Source: an uncultured Pirellulaceae bacterium (lineage in GTDB: Bacteria > Planctomycetota > Planctomycetia > Pirellulales > Pirellulaceae). Taken from it: 64,000 nt of DNA. Position 1 is the first letter of the stretch. Each line of letters opens with the position of its first letter. The stretch spans positions 3,266-67,265 of the forward strand of contig CAYUNP010000002.1 of assembly GCA_964446085.1 (NCBI GenBank). Reading direction: 5' to 3'. Below are positions 31,987 through 41,802 of the stretch, piece after piece. The translations under genes were made by a program, and so were the position numbers. Under the pieces are notes generated by a model. It did not search any database and was not told the DNA's origin. It saw only the letters and a program-made list of their open reading frames with translations.

Positions 31987-33612
31987 CTAAATACTCAACA
32001 ATTCAAACACATGTTCCAAATGATGTTCTGTCTCTCCACGAGCCGGGATGTCAATACTGACCTCCGGCTGAGTCTGTTGAACGCGCTGCGTAATTTCGTA
32101 CATCAGCTCGCGAATCAAATCCACATTCTCCTGAAAGCGAACCTTCAACGCCGCATCGTCGAGCTCTTCACGAAGCTCCGCATTGAGCCGTGTCATGATT
32201 TCGATCTGGCTCTGATCGACAAACGCTCCATTCGCATTGACCGTCGGATCGGCGTCGTACCATTTCCGAAAGAAATCCTGCATCTTCAAATTCATGTCCC
32301 GAATCTCTTCAACGCCTTTGGACTGAGACTGAATGAAGCTGACGTCGGTTAACTTGCCACGGAAATACAACAGCGCCGGGAAGCCCCAGTAAACTGCATA
32401 GTCCCATACAAACTTGAGCGCCATGATGCGCGGGTTGCCAAAGAGTGGGTATTGATCGCGATAGGTGATCAAATTGTTTTGAAACAGAGTCAAAAACACA
32501 CTTTGCAATGTCGGTGCCAGATGTTGGATCGATCGGCCTGCCAGATCTTCTTCGATCAGTTTGCCAACCATCGTGTTGCCGATCGCGATGAAGTCACTAC
32601 CGGGTGAATAAAACGGATCCAGCAAAGCGGCCGCTTCACCGACCAGCCCCCAGCGGTCAGCTGAAAAAACCTGTTTTGCTCCACGCGAAATTTTCCTGAC
32701 CGCCAAAAAATCCTGCATCCTGTCGACGTGCGGTCGAATACTGTCAGCACACTCCGGCTCGTGCTGCTCCAACCACGCAATTGATTTTTCAAAGCTGTTG
32801 ATATCTCGCAGCGAGTGGATGCTTGGATCGGCCACGATTCCAATACTGGTCGAACCAGTCGACAGCGGAATGATCCAAACCCAATAACCTTCGCCCATCA
32901 GGTGGTTGGTACTCAGCCAACGGCGCGGAACCTTACCCGTCAACGATTGCCAGTTGGCATCGTCACACCACTTGTCGATCTGGATCCCCGCATCAATACG
33001 AAACCAGACGGCGTTGATGTCGTGATTCAGATCTTCTTCGAGATTGAGTTTTCGTTTCAAAAAGCTGGCTCGCCCACTGGCATCGACAACCCAGCGAGCG
33101 TTGATCGAATCTTCGGAACCATCTTTCAAAAACGTCAAACTGTGTCCGCGCGAATCCGGTTCCTCTGTGGCAGAAACCAGATCGACGCTACGAATTCGTG
33201 AACCCGAAATAATCGTCGCGCCCATCTCGATGGCTGTTTCGGCCAGATAGTTCTCCAACCGCCCACGATCCACCTGATAGCTGGGAGCTGAGAAAAAAGT
33301 ACTCCCGCCGACTTCTGTTCCTTCAGCCAGTGACTGGCAAGCATCCTTGAAGAAGAATCGCAATCCGAATTTCGGCAACTGCTGATCGGTCAGATGTTTT
33401 TTGAGCTGCAGCTCTTCCCCAAAATAATGCGCACCAATCTCGACGGTTGACTCACCAACTTTGTGAGTCGTTTCAGAAACCGGAAACTGACGTTTTTCAA
33501 TCACGGCAATCCGGGTCTCGGGCCGCTTCATCAGCAACTGTCTGGCCAGCGTTAGTCCAGCCAGACCGCCACCCAGTATTGCGACATCGTATTGGTTATT
33601 GTTGGAAATCAT
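31987..33612 (-). CDS. Flavin-dependent halogenase-like enzyme (copy B)
   Basis: [50 protein letters not shown]; collinear paralog of copy A. Confidence 0.75.
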   Translation of the reverse strand: MISNNNQYDVAILGGGLAGLTLARQLLMKRPETRIAVIEKRQFPVSETTHKVGESTVEIGAHYFGEELQLKKHLTDQQLPKFGLRFFFKDACQSLAEGTEVGGSTFFSAPSYQVDRGRLENYLAETAIEMGATIISGSRIRSVDLVSATEEPDSRGHSLTFLKDGSEDSINARWVVDASGRASFLKRKLNLEEDLNHDINAVWFRIDAGIQIDKWCDDANWQSLTGKVPRRWLSTNHLMGEGYWVWIIPLSTGSTSIGIVADPSIHSLRDINSFEKSIAWLEQHEPECADSIRPHVDRMQDFLAVRKISRGAKQVFSADRWGLVGEAAALLDPFYSPGSDFIAIGNTMVGKLIEEDLAGRSIQHLAPTLQSVFLTLFQNNLITYRDQYPLFGNPRIMALKFVWDYAVYWGFPALLYFRGKLTDVSFIQSQSKGVEEIRDMNLKMQDFFRKWYDADPTVNANGAFVDQSQIEIMTRLNAELREELDDAALKVRFQENVDLIRELMYEITQRVQQTQPEVSIDIPARGETEHHLEHVFELLSI

Positions 33613-33702
33613 TCTTGGTTTCGAATTTTCAAATGTAGGTTTTTGCGTGTGGGATCAATAGCGTTTCCGGTGAGGCTACCAACAAACACTTGCTCTTACT
33701 TC

Positions 33703-36700
33703 CTATGCCATTTCCTCTTTCCTGACTTCAACCTGCACAAACTCCTCGTCCTTAACATGATCATCAATCTCTGTAATCCAATAGCGTTTTTTCTGGAACG
33801 GATAAGTCGGCAAACTGAGGCGATTTCGTTCCCAATACTGGCTCAAAGCTGCAAAGCATGGATTTACACCGCCCGCATACAACTTCCCAAGGGCACTCAG
33901 CAGCGACGTTGAAGCATCCTGATTGGAACTCAGACTTTTCAAACGAGTCGCACCAAATTCAAGTGTCGCGATATCGCCCCAATCGCCCACACCAAGCTCC
34001 AACACAAAATCGCAATCCATCCCACTCAACGTCGCAACCGACTCCGGCAGCATTGGCTTGGCGCTACAATGCTCCCGCCAGTAGCTACCGCCGAGCGACT
34101 TGTGAACTGGAACGACATTCCCACCGATGCTGCAGATCAACGACATGTTGGGTGGGTAATAGTTAAACTGGTCTGCGAAAGCCTCAAACGCATTCAGAGA
34201 TTCTTCGTTCGGCGTTACGTCACCACCAGAAACAACTTTGCCGCGTTCAAGAACCAGCAACAAAGCATCGTTGAAGCAAAGACAGCCAGCCATACAAGCC
34301 GCAACATATTGTCCAACGCCAAATCCAAGCACCACATCTGGTTCAACGCCCCACTGAAGCCATATCTTTGCCAACCCTGCCTGCAACACAAACTGTTTAA
34401 CATCCGCAGGCACCGCCGATTCCGAATCAGCTCCTTCCGCACCAAGCCACGCTTGCAGTTGGAAAACTGATTGCTGAGTCTGCGACAAATGCGACATCAA
34501 CCGTTGATCAAACTCTCCGATCATTTCACGAAATACAGGCTCGGTGGCAAACAGATCGTGAGCAAAACTGTCATCAGCCGAAAGCATTCCAGCAAAAAAC
34601 CAGCCAACCCTGGGCGCTGCTTTGCAAACACCTTGAGCAATGCCTTCGAAGTGATGATGTGCTCCATTTCCTGAACCGTTTGCTCCGGCGGCACGTAGGC
34701 CATTGAGCGTCGAGGCAGAGTTCCCACCAACAAGTTCATTCAGTTTCTGTATCGCATCTTCAGGCGACTTGATTGTCAAAGCAACACGATGCTCAAAATG
34801 GCGACGACCACTGGCGGCGGTGTGACATACATCGGCCAAACGGATCGCGGAATTTTGCTCGATGAATTCACGATAATCCGACGTTAACTGCGAAAGGGCA
34901 TTTTCGTTTCGCGCACTCAACACCAACAACTCCGCCGTACGCCCTGGTTGATCGCTCGATCGAACGTCTGAACCATCGCCAGGCAAACTGGTATCCATCT
35001 TCACTGCATCGTCGGGTGCAGAACTCAACACAATATGCGCGTTGGTTCCAACCAACCCCAACGCCGTAATCCCGGCTCTTCGCTCTTCGACTTCCGGCCA
35101 AGGCGTAGGCTCGGTCACCATTTTCACCGGCATCCGCTGCCACGGAATGTGTGGACTCGGTTTGTCAAAATGAGCCTGCGGCGGAATCACGCCTTTGTGA
35201 ATCGACAACACCGTCTTGATTAAACCCGAGACACCGCCAGCGGCTTCCAGGTGACTGATATTGGCTTTCACTGAACCAACCAACAATGGCTGATCCGGCT
35301 TTCGCCCTTTCCCGTAGACACCCGACGCGGCCCCCAGCTCCATTGGATCGCCGTATTCGGTTCCAGTTCCATGGGCTTCGAGATACTGAACTTGCGACGG
35401 CGCGATTCCCGCGTCCTTCAAAGCATCACTGATCACGCGTGTCTGAGCCTTGCCGCTGGGCGACGTAATCCCGCCACTGAAACCGTTATGAACGACGGCT
35501 CCACCGCGAACGACCGCCATGATCCGATCGCCATCACGTTGGGCATCGCCAAGCCGTTTCAAAACGACGACTCCGCAACCTTCGCCGCGACCGAATCCAT
35601 TTGCGTCCGCCGAAAACGACTTGCAGCGACCCTCGGGTGAAAGCAAACCTGCCTTGGACATTAACAATGAATTGACCGGCGCAAGAATCGCGTTGACTCC
35701 GCCTGCCAATGCCATATTGCAGTTTCCATCCTGCAGGCTTCGCACTGCCTGAAACAGCGCAACCAACGAACTACTGCTGGCTGTATCAACTGCGATGCTC
35801 GGCCCTTCGAAACCAAACACATAACTGATTCGTCCTACGCCCGCACTGTGCGAAAGCCCGGCTCCCTGAAACTGTTTAACAACGTCGATGTCGTCCATCG
35901 TCGGAATGAAAGCATAGTCCTGCCCCATGATTCCCATGAACACGCCGACGTTGGAATCCGTCAGCGGGTGCGGTGAGATCCCGGCATCCTCCATCGCCCG
36001 GTAACTGTTCTCCAGCAGCATACGGTGTTGCGGGTCAATCCAGCACGCTTCCTGATCAGAGATGTTAAAGAACGCCGCATCGAAATTCGCAATGTCATCG
36101 AGAAAGCCACCTTCGCGTGTGTACATTTTGCCCGGCTCGCGATCGGCACTGTAAAACCGATCCATATCCCAGCGATCGGCAGGAATCTCACACACCGAAT
36201 CAACACCGTTGATCAGGTTATCCCAAAACTCGTCGACATTGTTTGCACCAGGAAACCGGCAGCTCATGCCGACGATTGCCACATCTTCGCGTACTCGCGC
36301 CGCTTGCTGGAGCGGCTGATCGGTGACGGCTGCTACAGCCGGAGTTCCAGCCTCTGCCTGGTTGGCTACCAACTCCAGAACAAAATCGGTGATCGCATCG
36401 ATCGTCGGATAGTCAAACAACATCGTCGGACCGACTTCGAAATCATCACCCAGCATTTGCTGAAGCTCCGTTCCGAATTCGACTGCCATCAACGAGTCCA
36501 ATCCCATTTCGATCAGTGGTCGATCCGTTTCCGGTGCATCGGGTGTCGAAAGGATTCCCTGCAACGAATCGCGAATCGTACCCAGCAGCAATTCTCTTTG
36601 AGCCGGCCCACGAAGCCGTTTCAACCGACCGACCAACTCCGAATCGCCTTTGGACACCTTTCGTTTTCCAGCAACGAGACCATCAAGCATCGCAGGCGAC

Positions 36701-39700
36701 TCTCCGCCGAGTCCCATTCTCATTCGTTGCCACTGGACATCCATGACGGTCGCCTGGACAACGTCGTCGACAAGCATTCTTTCCATCGCTGAGTGAGCTT
36801 CGGAAATCGTAAGTGGCGTGATGCCGGACAAAGCCAGTCGCTTGATGATTCGCTCGTCGTCTGCCATTCCTTCAGTCCACGGCCCCCAGTTGATGCTCGT
36901 CGCAGGAAGGCCAAGTGCGCGTCGTTGCCAGGCCAACCCGTCAAGGAATGCGTTGGCGGTTGCGTAATTGCTTTGCCCGGGTGATCCGAGAACCGATGCG
37001 GCAGAAGAGTAGAGGACGAAGAAGTCCAGTTCGAGAGTTTTCGTGAACTCGTGCAGCAAGCTGGCTCCACTGACTTTGGGCGCGAGCACCTTTTCAAATC
37101 GCTCCCACGATTGATCTCCAATCAAACCGTCGTCCAAAACTCCCGCCGCGTGAATGACTCCCGAAAGCGGTTTGAGATCATCACCAAAACGGGACAACAT
37201 TTTTTCAACATCATCGCGTGAAGACATATCAGCCGAATGAACGATAACTTTACAGCCTGCCTCTTTGATCGTGTCGAGAAAACATTGCGTCGATTCATCG
37301 GGAGAGCGTCTTGAAACCAGCACAACCTCCGTCGCCCCGTTTTCAGCAAGCCATTTCGCGGCTTGTCGACCCAGCATTCCCAAGCCACCCGTGACCAGAA
37401 AGCTACCTTCGGCGTTGACTTCAAATTCTGTTTTGCTTTTCCTGTTGACCGAAGTCCGTTTCATCCGCGGAACCATAAACTGGCCGTCACGAACGACTAA
37501 CTGATTGTCCCGCGTTTCGGTGAGCAAAATTTCCAGAACCGCAGTCGATGTTTCCGGGTTTTCAATCTCGCCAGAACCAACGTCGATCAAGCGGCAACGA
37601 AACTCCGGCTGTTCGGCTCCGATGACGCGTCCGAGTCCCCAATACTGTGTTTGATTGGGATCAACAGCTTCTGAATCATCGCTGGCGATCGCATCCGTCG
37701 TGATCAGTTGCAACCCACACTCAATTCGCCGCTGACCACGAACCGCGAGCGTCGCAGTCAGATTCAACAGTCCGGTACAGTTTTCTCTGGTTCGCGATTC
37801 CTGGCTGGCAGTTGTAAACCAGGCGATGCCCTGCGGCGCGAAAGGTTGGTCATCCGTAGACAATTGATCGAAAAGCGCACTCCAGTTCTCAGGCGACTCA
37901 CTGCACATTGAAAACCGGTTTTCGGACTCCTGTTTCATTCCGCTCTGGCTTCCGATCTCCAATTCAACAACGCGATGTCCTTTTGTTTCCAGTTCCGCCA
38001 CAACACGTGGAGCAACGCTGTCGTTTTGGCCGCGAATGATCAACCAATCTCTGTTCTCCGCACTGGCCGCGGGCAGGCGCAAGCGTTCCCAATTCAATTC
38101 GAAAATCAAACGTTCCGATCCGCTGCCACTCATTTGCCGCAGCGCCGCGATGCTGACCTGCTGAACCTTTAGTTCTTCAATCTCCGCAACGACCTGCCCT
38201 GCTTCATTGAACAAAACCAAATCCGCCGTTCGAATTTTGCCCTCATTCTGATTCCAGCGAGCGTGACACCAGACTTCATTTTCGATCGTCTGCAAACAAC
38301 GAACTCGCCCGATTCCAACGGGCAAAAACAAATGACCGTCGTCTTCTCGCAGCAGTCCGACGGCCAGCGAGTGCAATGCACCGTCGAGCAACGTCGGAGC
38401 AATCGTAAACCCGCGAACGTCGCCATTGGTTTTAAGCTGCGTGAGGACTTCGGTTTCCGAATACCGCAATGAATCAATCGTTTGGAACTTGGGACCGTAG
38501 TTCAGACCAAGCTGCGACATTTTCTGATAAAAGTCCGCGGGCGTTGCCGACTCAGTACATGCGGCTTCCAACGCGGCGCGGTCGATCAGATCGAGCGGTG
38601 AATTCTCACTTGAAACGATCTTGCCGGTGAAGTTCCGAGTCCAACTCCTGGCATTGGCGGGCGAAGAAAAGACTTCGATCGTTTGCTGGTCTTCCGTTTT
38701 GCGCACAATCGTTTGCAGGCTCGTTCGCGACGTTGGGCGAAGTGGCTGCTCAAAAACGATGTCGGCGACCTGATCAGAGCCAGCAGCGGCCAACGCCATC
38801 TCAACGTAAGCTGCACCGGGCAAAACAACGTTGCCCATGACTTCGTGATCGGGCAACCACGGCGGACTGTCAGGCTCCACAAAACTTTCATATCTCGATT
38901 CGTTTTCGATTCCCGCAAGTGAAACGGCTCCGCCAAGCAACGGATGAGCCGTGTGATACTCGGCGTGAAAGGCTCGCGGTTTGTCCGGCCCCCAAAACCT
39001 TCGTCGCTCAAACGGATACGTCGGTAGCAAAATCCGACGAGGAGTTTGCCCGCTCTGGTCGTCGTGAATCGCTGCGAAGTCCGGTGTCGATCCTTGAACG
39101 TAAAGCTGCCCGACCGCTTTCAAAATTGATTCGACATCGTCGGCATCTTTCTGCAGGCAACTAATCAGCGATCCAGCAGGGCGCTTCCAGTTTGCAGTCG
39201 CCATGCGAGTCAAAACCGATTGCGGGCCAAGCTCAAGAATGACTTCGCAACCGAGTTCAGCAGCGGCTTCGATACCCGTGGAGAAACGGACGGCTTCACG
39301 GATATGACGCGCCCAATATTCTCCGTCGAGCGTTTGATCGACCGTTAACGGTTTACCGGAAACGTTGCAGATCAGCGGCAGTTGGGCCGGACTGAATGTG
39401 ATGCCGTCAGCGAACTTTTGAAACGGCTCAAGTGCCGGCTCCATCAGCGACGAGTGAAATGCATGCGACGTCTGCAACAGTTTGGTGCGAACGCTCTGTT
39501 CTGAAAATCGGGATTCCAATTCGCCGATCGCCAACTCGGTGCCGCTGACAACGACATGCGTTCCATTTAGCGCGGCAAGGGAAACATCGGCAGCGGTTTC
39601 AATTTGTTTGGTGACGATATCGAGCGGAGCAAAGACAGCCATCATTTTTCCGCCAGCAGGAAGCTCGCCAATCAGCCGGCCGCGTTCACTGATCAAACGC

Positions 39701-41700
39701 AAGCCGTCTTCCCATGACATGATGCCAGCAACACAGGCCGCTGCGTATTGTCCAACGCTATGGCCAAGCACTACATCGGGCTTGAGCTCCCAGTGTTGCA
39801 ACAGTTGGGCGAGTCCCATTTGCACGGCGAAGATCGCGGGCTGCGTCCAGTGTGTGTTGTGGATCCTGGTTTCGTTTTCGAACAGGACTTCGGTAAGCGA
39901 CTCCTGTCGCAGCGGTTGCAACTGGGCTTCGCAGCGGTCAATCGCGTCCCGGAAAACAGGTTGAGATTCGTAAAGGGACCTGGCCATGCCAACGTACTGC
40001 GAACCCTGACCGGTAAATTGCCAGGCGACTTTCGGGGCTCGACGACCGCTTCCGATAAAGGAGTTACCAGACGTCGTTTCTCGTGAAATCTTTTTTAAAC
40101 GCTGGATTGCTTCGTTGTGATCTTTGGCAACCACAGCGGCGCGGTGTTCAAAGTGACTTCTACCAGTGCCGGATGTGAATGCGACATCACGGAGCTTCAG
40201 CGACTGATCCGATGTCAACGCGTCCGCGTATTCTTCGGCCAACGTTTGCACAACGGATTCGCTTTTCCCGCTCAGTACGATCAACTGTGATTCCTGCGAG
40301 TTATTCGGAATTCGCGTAGCGGTAACATCAGGCGCCTCGATCACTACATGCGCGTTCGTGCCGCTCATGCCAAACGCACTGACACCGGCAATCCTGCGAC
40401 CGGATTCGGGCCAGTCGGTAGCGTCAGTGAGGACTTTGACGGGAATTTTGTCCCACGGAATATGTGGGTTGGGTGTTTCAAAGTTCAGCTGCCCCGGGAT
40501 CTTGTCGTTTTGAATCGCAAGCAGAACTTTGATCAACCCAGCCATTCCCGAAGCAGCTTCGAGGTGGCCGATGTTGGTTTTGACTGAGCCAACGAGTAAT
40601 GGATTTTCTGGCGAACGTTCCTGAGTCAGCGCCGCAGCAGCGGCCTGGATTTCAACCGGATCACCAAGCTCGGTTCCCGTTCCATGGGCTTCGAGATAGG
40701 CGACGTCGGCGGGTTCAACACCGGCTCGCTCAAGGGCCTGGCGGATAACTTTTGTTTGTGATTTTGGATTGGGAGCAGTCAGCCCACTGCTGAATCCGTT
40801 ATGCCCGACGGCTGAGCCGCGAATGATTCCCAGAATCGGATCGCCGTTGGCTTGCGCGTCCGATAGTCGCCGCAATGTCACGACACCGCAACCTTCGCCA
40901 CGCAGGTACCCATCGGCAGCTGCATCAAACGCACGAGACTGACCAGTGGGCGAGAGGGCTTTTAATTTGCAAGTCAAAATGTTGGTCGTCGGTGAACAGA
41001 TCGCGTTGACACCACCGACAAGTGCCTGATCGCAATCACGTCTCTGTAAACTCTGGATCGCCAGGTGCAGTGCCACCAACGATGAAGAACAGGCTGTGTC
41101 GACCGCGACGCTGGGCCCTTGTAGGCCAAGGTAATACGCCAGCCTTCCACAAAGGAAACTTCCCGCGGCACCGGTTGCGATGTATGGGTTGAGGTTCAGA
41201 AACGAATCGCTGGCTTCGTTTTGATAATCGTTATGCATCCAGCCGACAAAGACGCCTGTGGATTCACCGATTGATTCGGGCTTCCAGCCAGCTCGCTCGA
41301 TCGCTTCCCAACCAACTTCCATCAGCAACCGCTGTTGTGGATCGACCCAGGTCGCTTCGCGTGGTGAGATGCCGAAGAATTCAGGATCCATCTGATCGAT
41401 GTTTTCCAGAAACACGCCGCGACGAGCATACATCTTTCCGGGCACTTCAGGGTCATCATCGTGGAAGGCATCCAGGTCCCAACGGTCGTCAGGAATGTCA
41501 CCAACTTCGTCGGTTTGATCGAGTAACGATTGCCAGAACGCTTCAGGGGTGTTGGAGTGGCGGGGAAAACGACAGGCCATCGACACGATCGCGATCGGTT
41601 CGCCTGAGTTGGATTGCGCGTCCGCAAGTTGCTGCTTCAACTCACGGATCTTGAGCAGAGCCTGTTTGTTCGGAGACAGGTTTTGGGAATCAGTTGTCAT
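33703..41700 (-). CDS. Type I modular PKS: docking-KS-AT(malonyl)-DH-KR-ACP-KS(Cys->Ser)-truncated inactive AT
   Basis: KS1 DTACSSS/HGTGT/NIGH; AT1 GHSVG and HAFH; DH HEVMGNVVLP and DGALH; KR GGLGMLG, LDD, YATAN; ACP GLDSL; KS2 DTASSSS/HGTGT/NISH; AT2 GFGVG lacking Ser and the small subdomain. No terminal ACP or TE. Confidence 0.93.
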   Translation of the reverse strand: MTTDSQNLSPNKQALLKIRELKQQLADAQSNSGEPIAIVSMACRFPRHSNTPEAFWQSLLDQTDEVGDIPDDRWDLDAFHDDDPEVPGKMYARRGVFLENIDQMDPEFFGISPREATWVDPQQRLLMEVGWEAIERAGWKPESIGESTGVFVGWMHNDYQNEASDSFLNLNPYIATGAAGSFLCGRLAYYLGLQGPSVAVDTACSSSLVALHLAIQSLQRRDCDQALVGGVNAICSPTTNILTCKLKALSPTGQSRAFDAAADGYLRGEGCGVVTLRRLSDAQANGDPILGIIRGSAVGHNGFSSGLTAPNPKSQTKVIRQALERAGVEPADVAYLEAHGTGTELGDPVEIQAAAAALTQERSPENPLLVGSVKTNIGHLEAASGMAGLIKVLLAIQNDKIPGQLNFETPNPHIPWDKIPVKVLTDATDWPESGRRIAGVSAFGMSGTNAHVVIEAPDVTATRIPNNSQESQLIVLSGKSESVVQTLAEEYADALTSDQSLKLRDVAFTSGTGRSHFEHRAAVVAKDHNEAIQRLKKISRETTSGNSFIGSGRRAPKVAWQFTGQGSQYVGMARSLYESQPVFRDAIDRCEAQLQPLRQESLTEVLFENETRIHNTHWTQPAIFAVQMGLAQLLQHWELKPDVVLGHSVGQYAAACVAGIMSWEDGLRLISERGRLIGELPAGGKMMAVFAPLDIVTKQIETAADVSLAALNGTHVVVSGTELAIGELESRFSEQSVRTKLLQTSHAFHSSLMEPALEPFQKFADGITFSPAQLPLICNVSGKPLTVDQTLDGEYWARHIREAVRFSTGIEAAAELGCEVILELGPQSVLTRMATANWKRPAGSLISCLQKDADDVESILKAVGQLYVQGSTPDFAAIHDDQSGQTPRRILLPTYPFERRRFWGPDKPRAFHAEYHTAHPLLGGAVSLAGIENESRYESFVEPDSPPWLPDHEVMGNVVLPGAAYVEMALAAAGSDQVADIVFEQPLRPTSRTSLQTIVRKTEDQQTIEVFSSPANARSWTRNFTGKIVSSENSPLDLIDRAALEAACTESATPADFYQKMSQLGLNYGPKFQTIDSLRYSETEVLTQLKTNGDVRGFTIAPTLLDGALHSLAVGLLREDDGHLFLPVGIGRVRCLQTIENEVWCHARWNQNEGKIRTADLVLFNEAGQVVAEIEELKVQQVSIAALRQMSGSGSERLIFELNWERLRLPAASAENRDWLIIRGQNDSVAPRVVAELETKGHRVVELEIGSQSGMKQESENRFSMCSESPENWSALFDQLSTDDQPFAPQGIAWFTTASQESRTRENCTGLLNLTATLAVRGQRRIECGLQLITTDAIASDDSEAVDPNQTQYWGLGRVIGAEQPEFRCRLIDVGSGEIENPETSTAVLEILLTETRDNQLVVRDGQFMVPRMKRTSVNRKSKTEFEVNAEGSFLVTGGLGMLGRQAAKWLAENGATEVVLVSRRSPDESTQCFLDTIKEAGCKVIVHSADMSSRDDVEKMLSRFGDDLKPLSGVIHAAGVLDDGLIGDQSWERFEKVLAPKVSGASLLHEFTKTLELDFFVLYSSAASVLGSPGQSNYATANAFLDGLAWQRRALGLPATSINWGPWTEGMADDERIIKRLALSGITPLTISEAHSAMERMLVDDVVQATVMDVQWQRMRMGLGGESPAMLDGLVAGKRKVSKGDSELVGRLKRLRGPAQRELLLGTIRDSLQGILSTPDAPETDRPLIEMGLDSLMAVEFGTELQQMLGDDFEVGPTMLFDYPTIDAITDFVLELVANQAEAGTPAVAAVTDQPLQQAARVREDVAIVGMSCRFPGANNVDEFWDNLINGVDSVCEIPADRWDMDRFYSADREPGKMYTREGGFLDDIANFDAAFFNISDQEACWIDPQHRMLLENSYRAMEDAGISPHPLTDSNVGVFMGIMGQDYAFIPTMDDIDVVKQFQGAGLSHSAGVGRISYVFGFEGPSIAVDTASSSSLVALFQAVRSLQDGNCNMALAGGVNAILAPVNSLLMSKAGLLSPEGRCKSFSADANGFGRGEGCGVVVLKRLGDAQRDGDRIMAVVRGGAVVHNGFSGGITSPSGKAQTRVISDALKDAGIAPSQVQYLEAHGTGTEYGDPMELGAASGVYGKGRKPDQPLLVGSVKANISHLEAAGGVSGLIKTVLSIHKGVIPPQAHFDKPSPHIPWQRMPVKMVTEPTPWPEVEERRAGITALGLVGTNAHIVLSSAPDDAVKMDTSLPGDGSDVRSSDQPGRTAELLVLSARNENALSQLTSDYREFIEQNSAIRLADVCHTAASGRRHFEHRVALTIKSPEDAIQKLNELVGGNSASTLNGLRAAGANGSGNGAHHHFEGIAQGVCKAAPRVGWFFAGMLSADDSFAHDLFATEPVFREMIGEFDQRLMSHLSQTQQSVFQLQAWLGAEGADSESAVPADVKQFVLQAGLAKIWLQWGVEPDVVLGFGVGQYVAACMAGCLCFNDALLLVLERGKVVSGGDVTPNEESLNAFEAFADQFNYYPPNMSLICSIGGNVVPVHKSLGGSYWREHCSAKPMLPESVATLSGMDCDFVLELGVGDWGDIATLEFGATRLKSLSSNQDASTSLLSALGKLYAGGVNPCFAALSQYWERNRLSLPTYPFQKKRYWITEIDDHVKDEEFVQVEVRKEEMA

Positions 41701-41730
41701 GCGTTTTTAATGCGGTGGTATCGTTTTAGG

Positions 41731-41800
41731 TACAAGCCCGAAGCGCAAGCGAGTGAACTCGATATGCGGAAAATTCACTCGCTTGCGCTTCGGGCTTGTA
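41731..41800. repeat. REP-like perfect 27-bp inverted repeat
   Basis: TACAAGCCCGAAGCGCAAGCGAGTGAA (41731-57) and its exact reverse complement (41774-800), with a 16-nt spacer. Confidence 0.85.
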
Positions 41801-41802
41801 TT

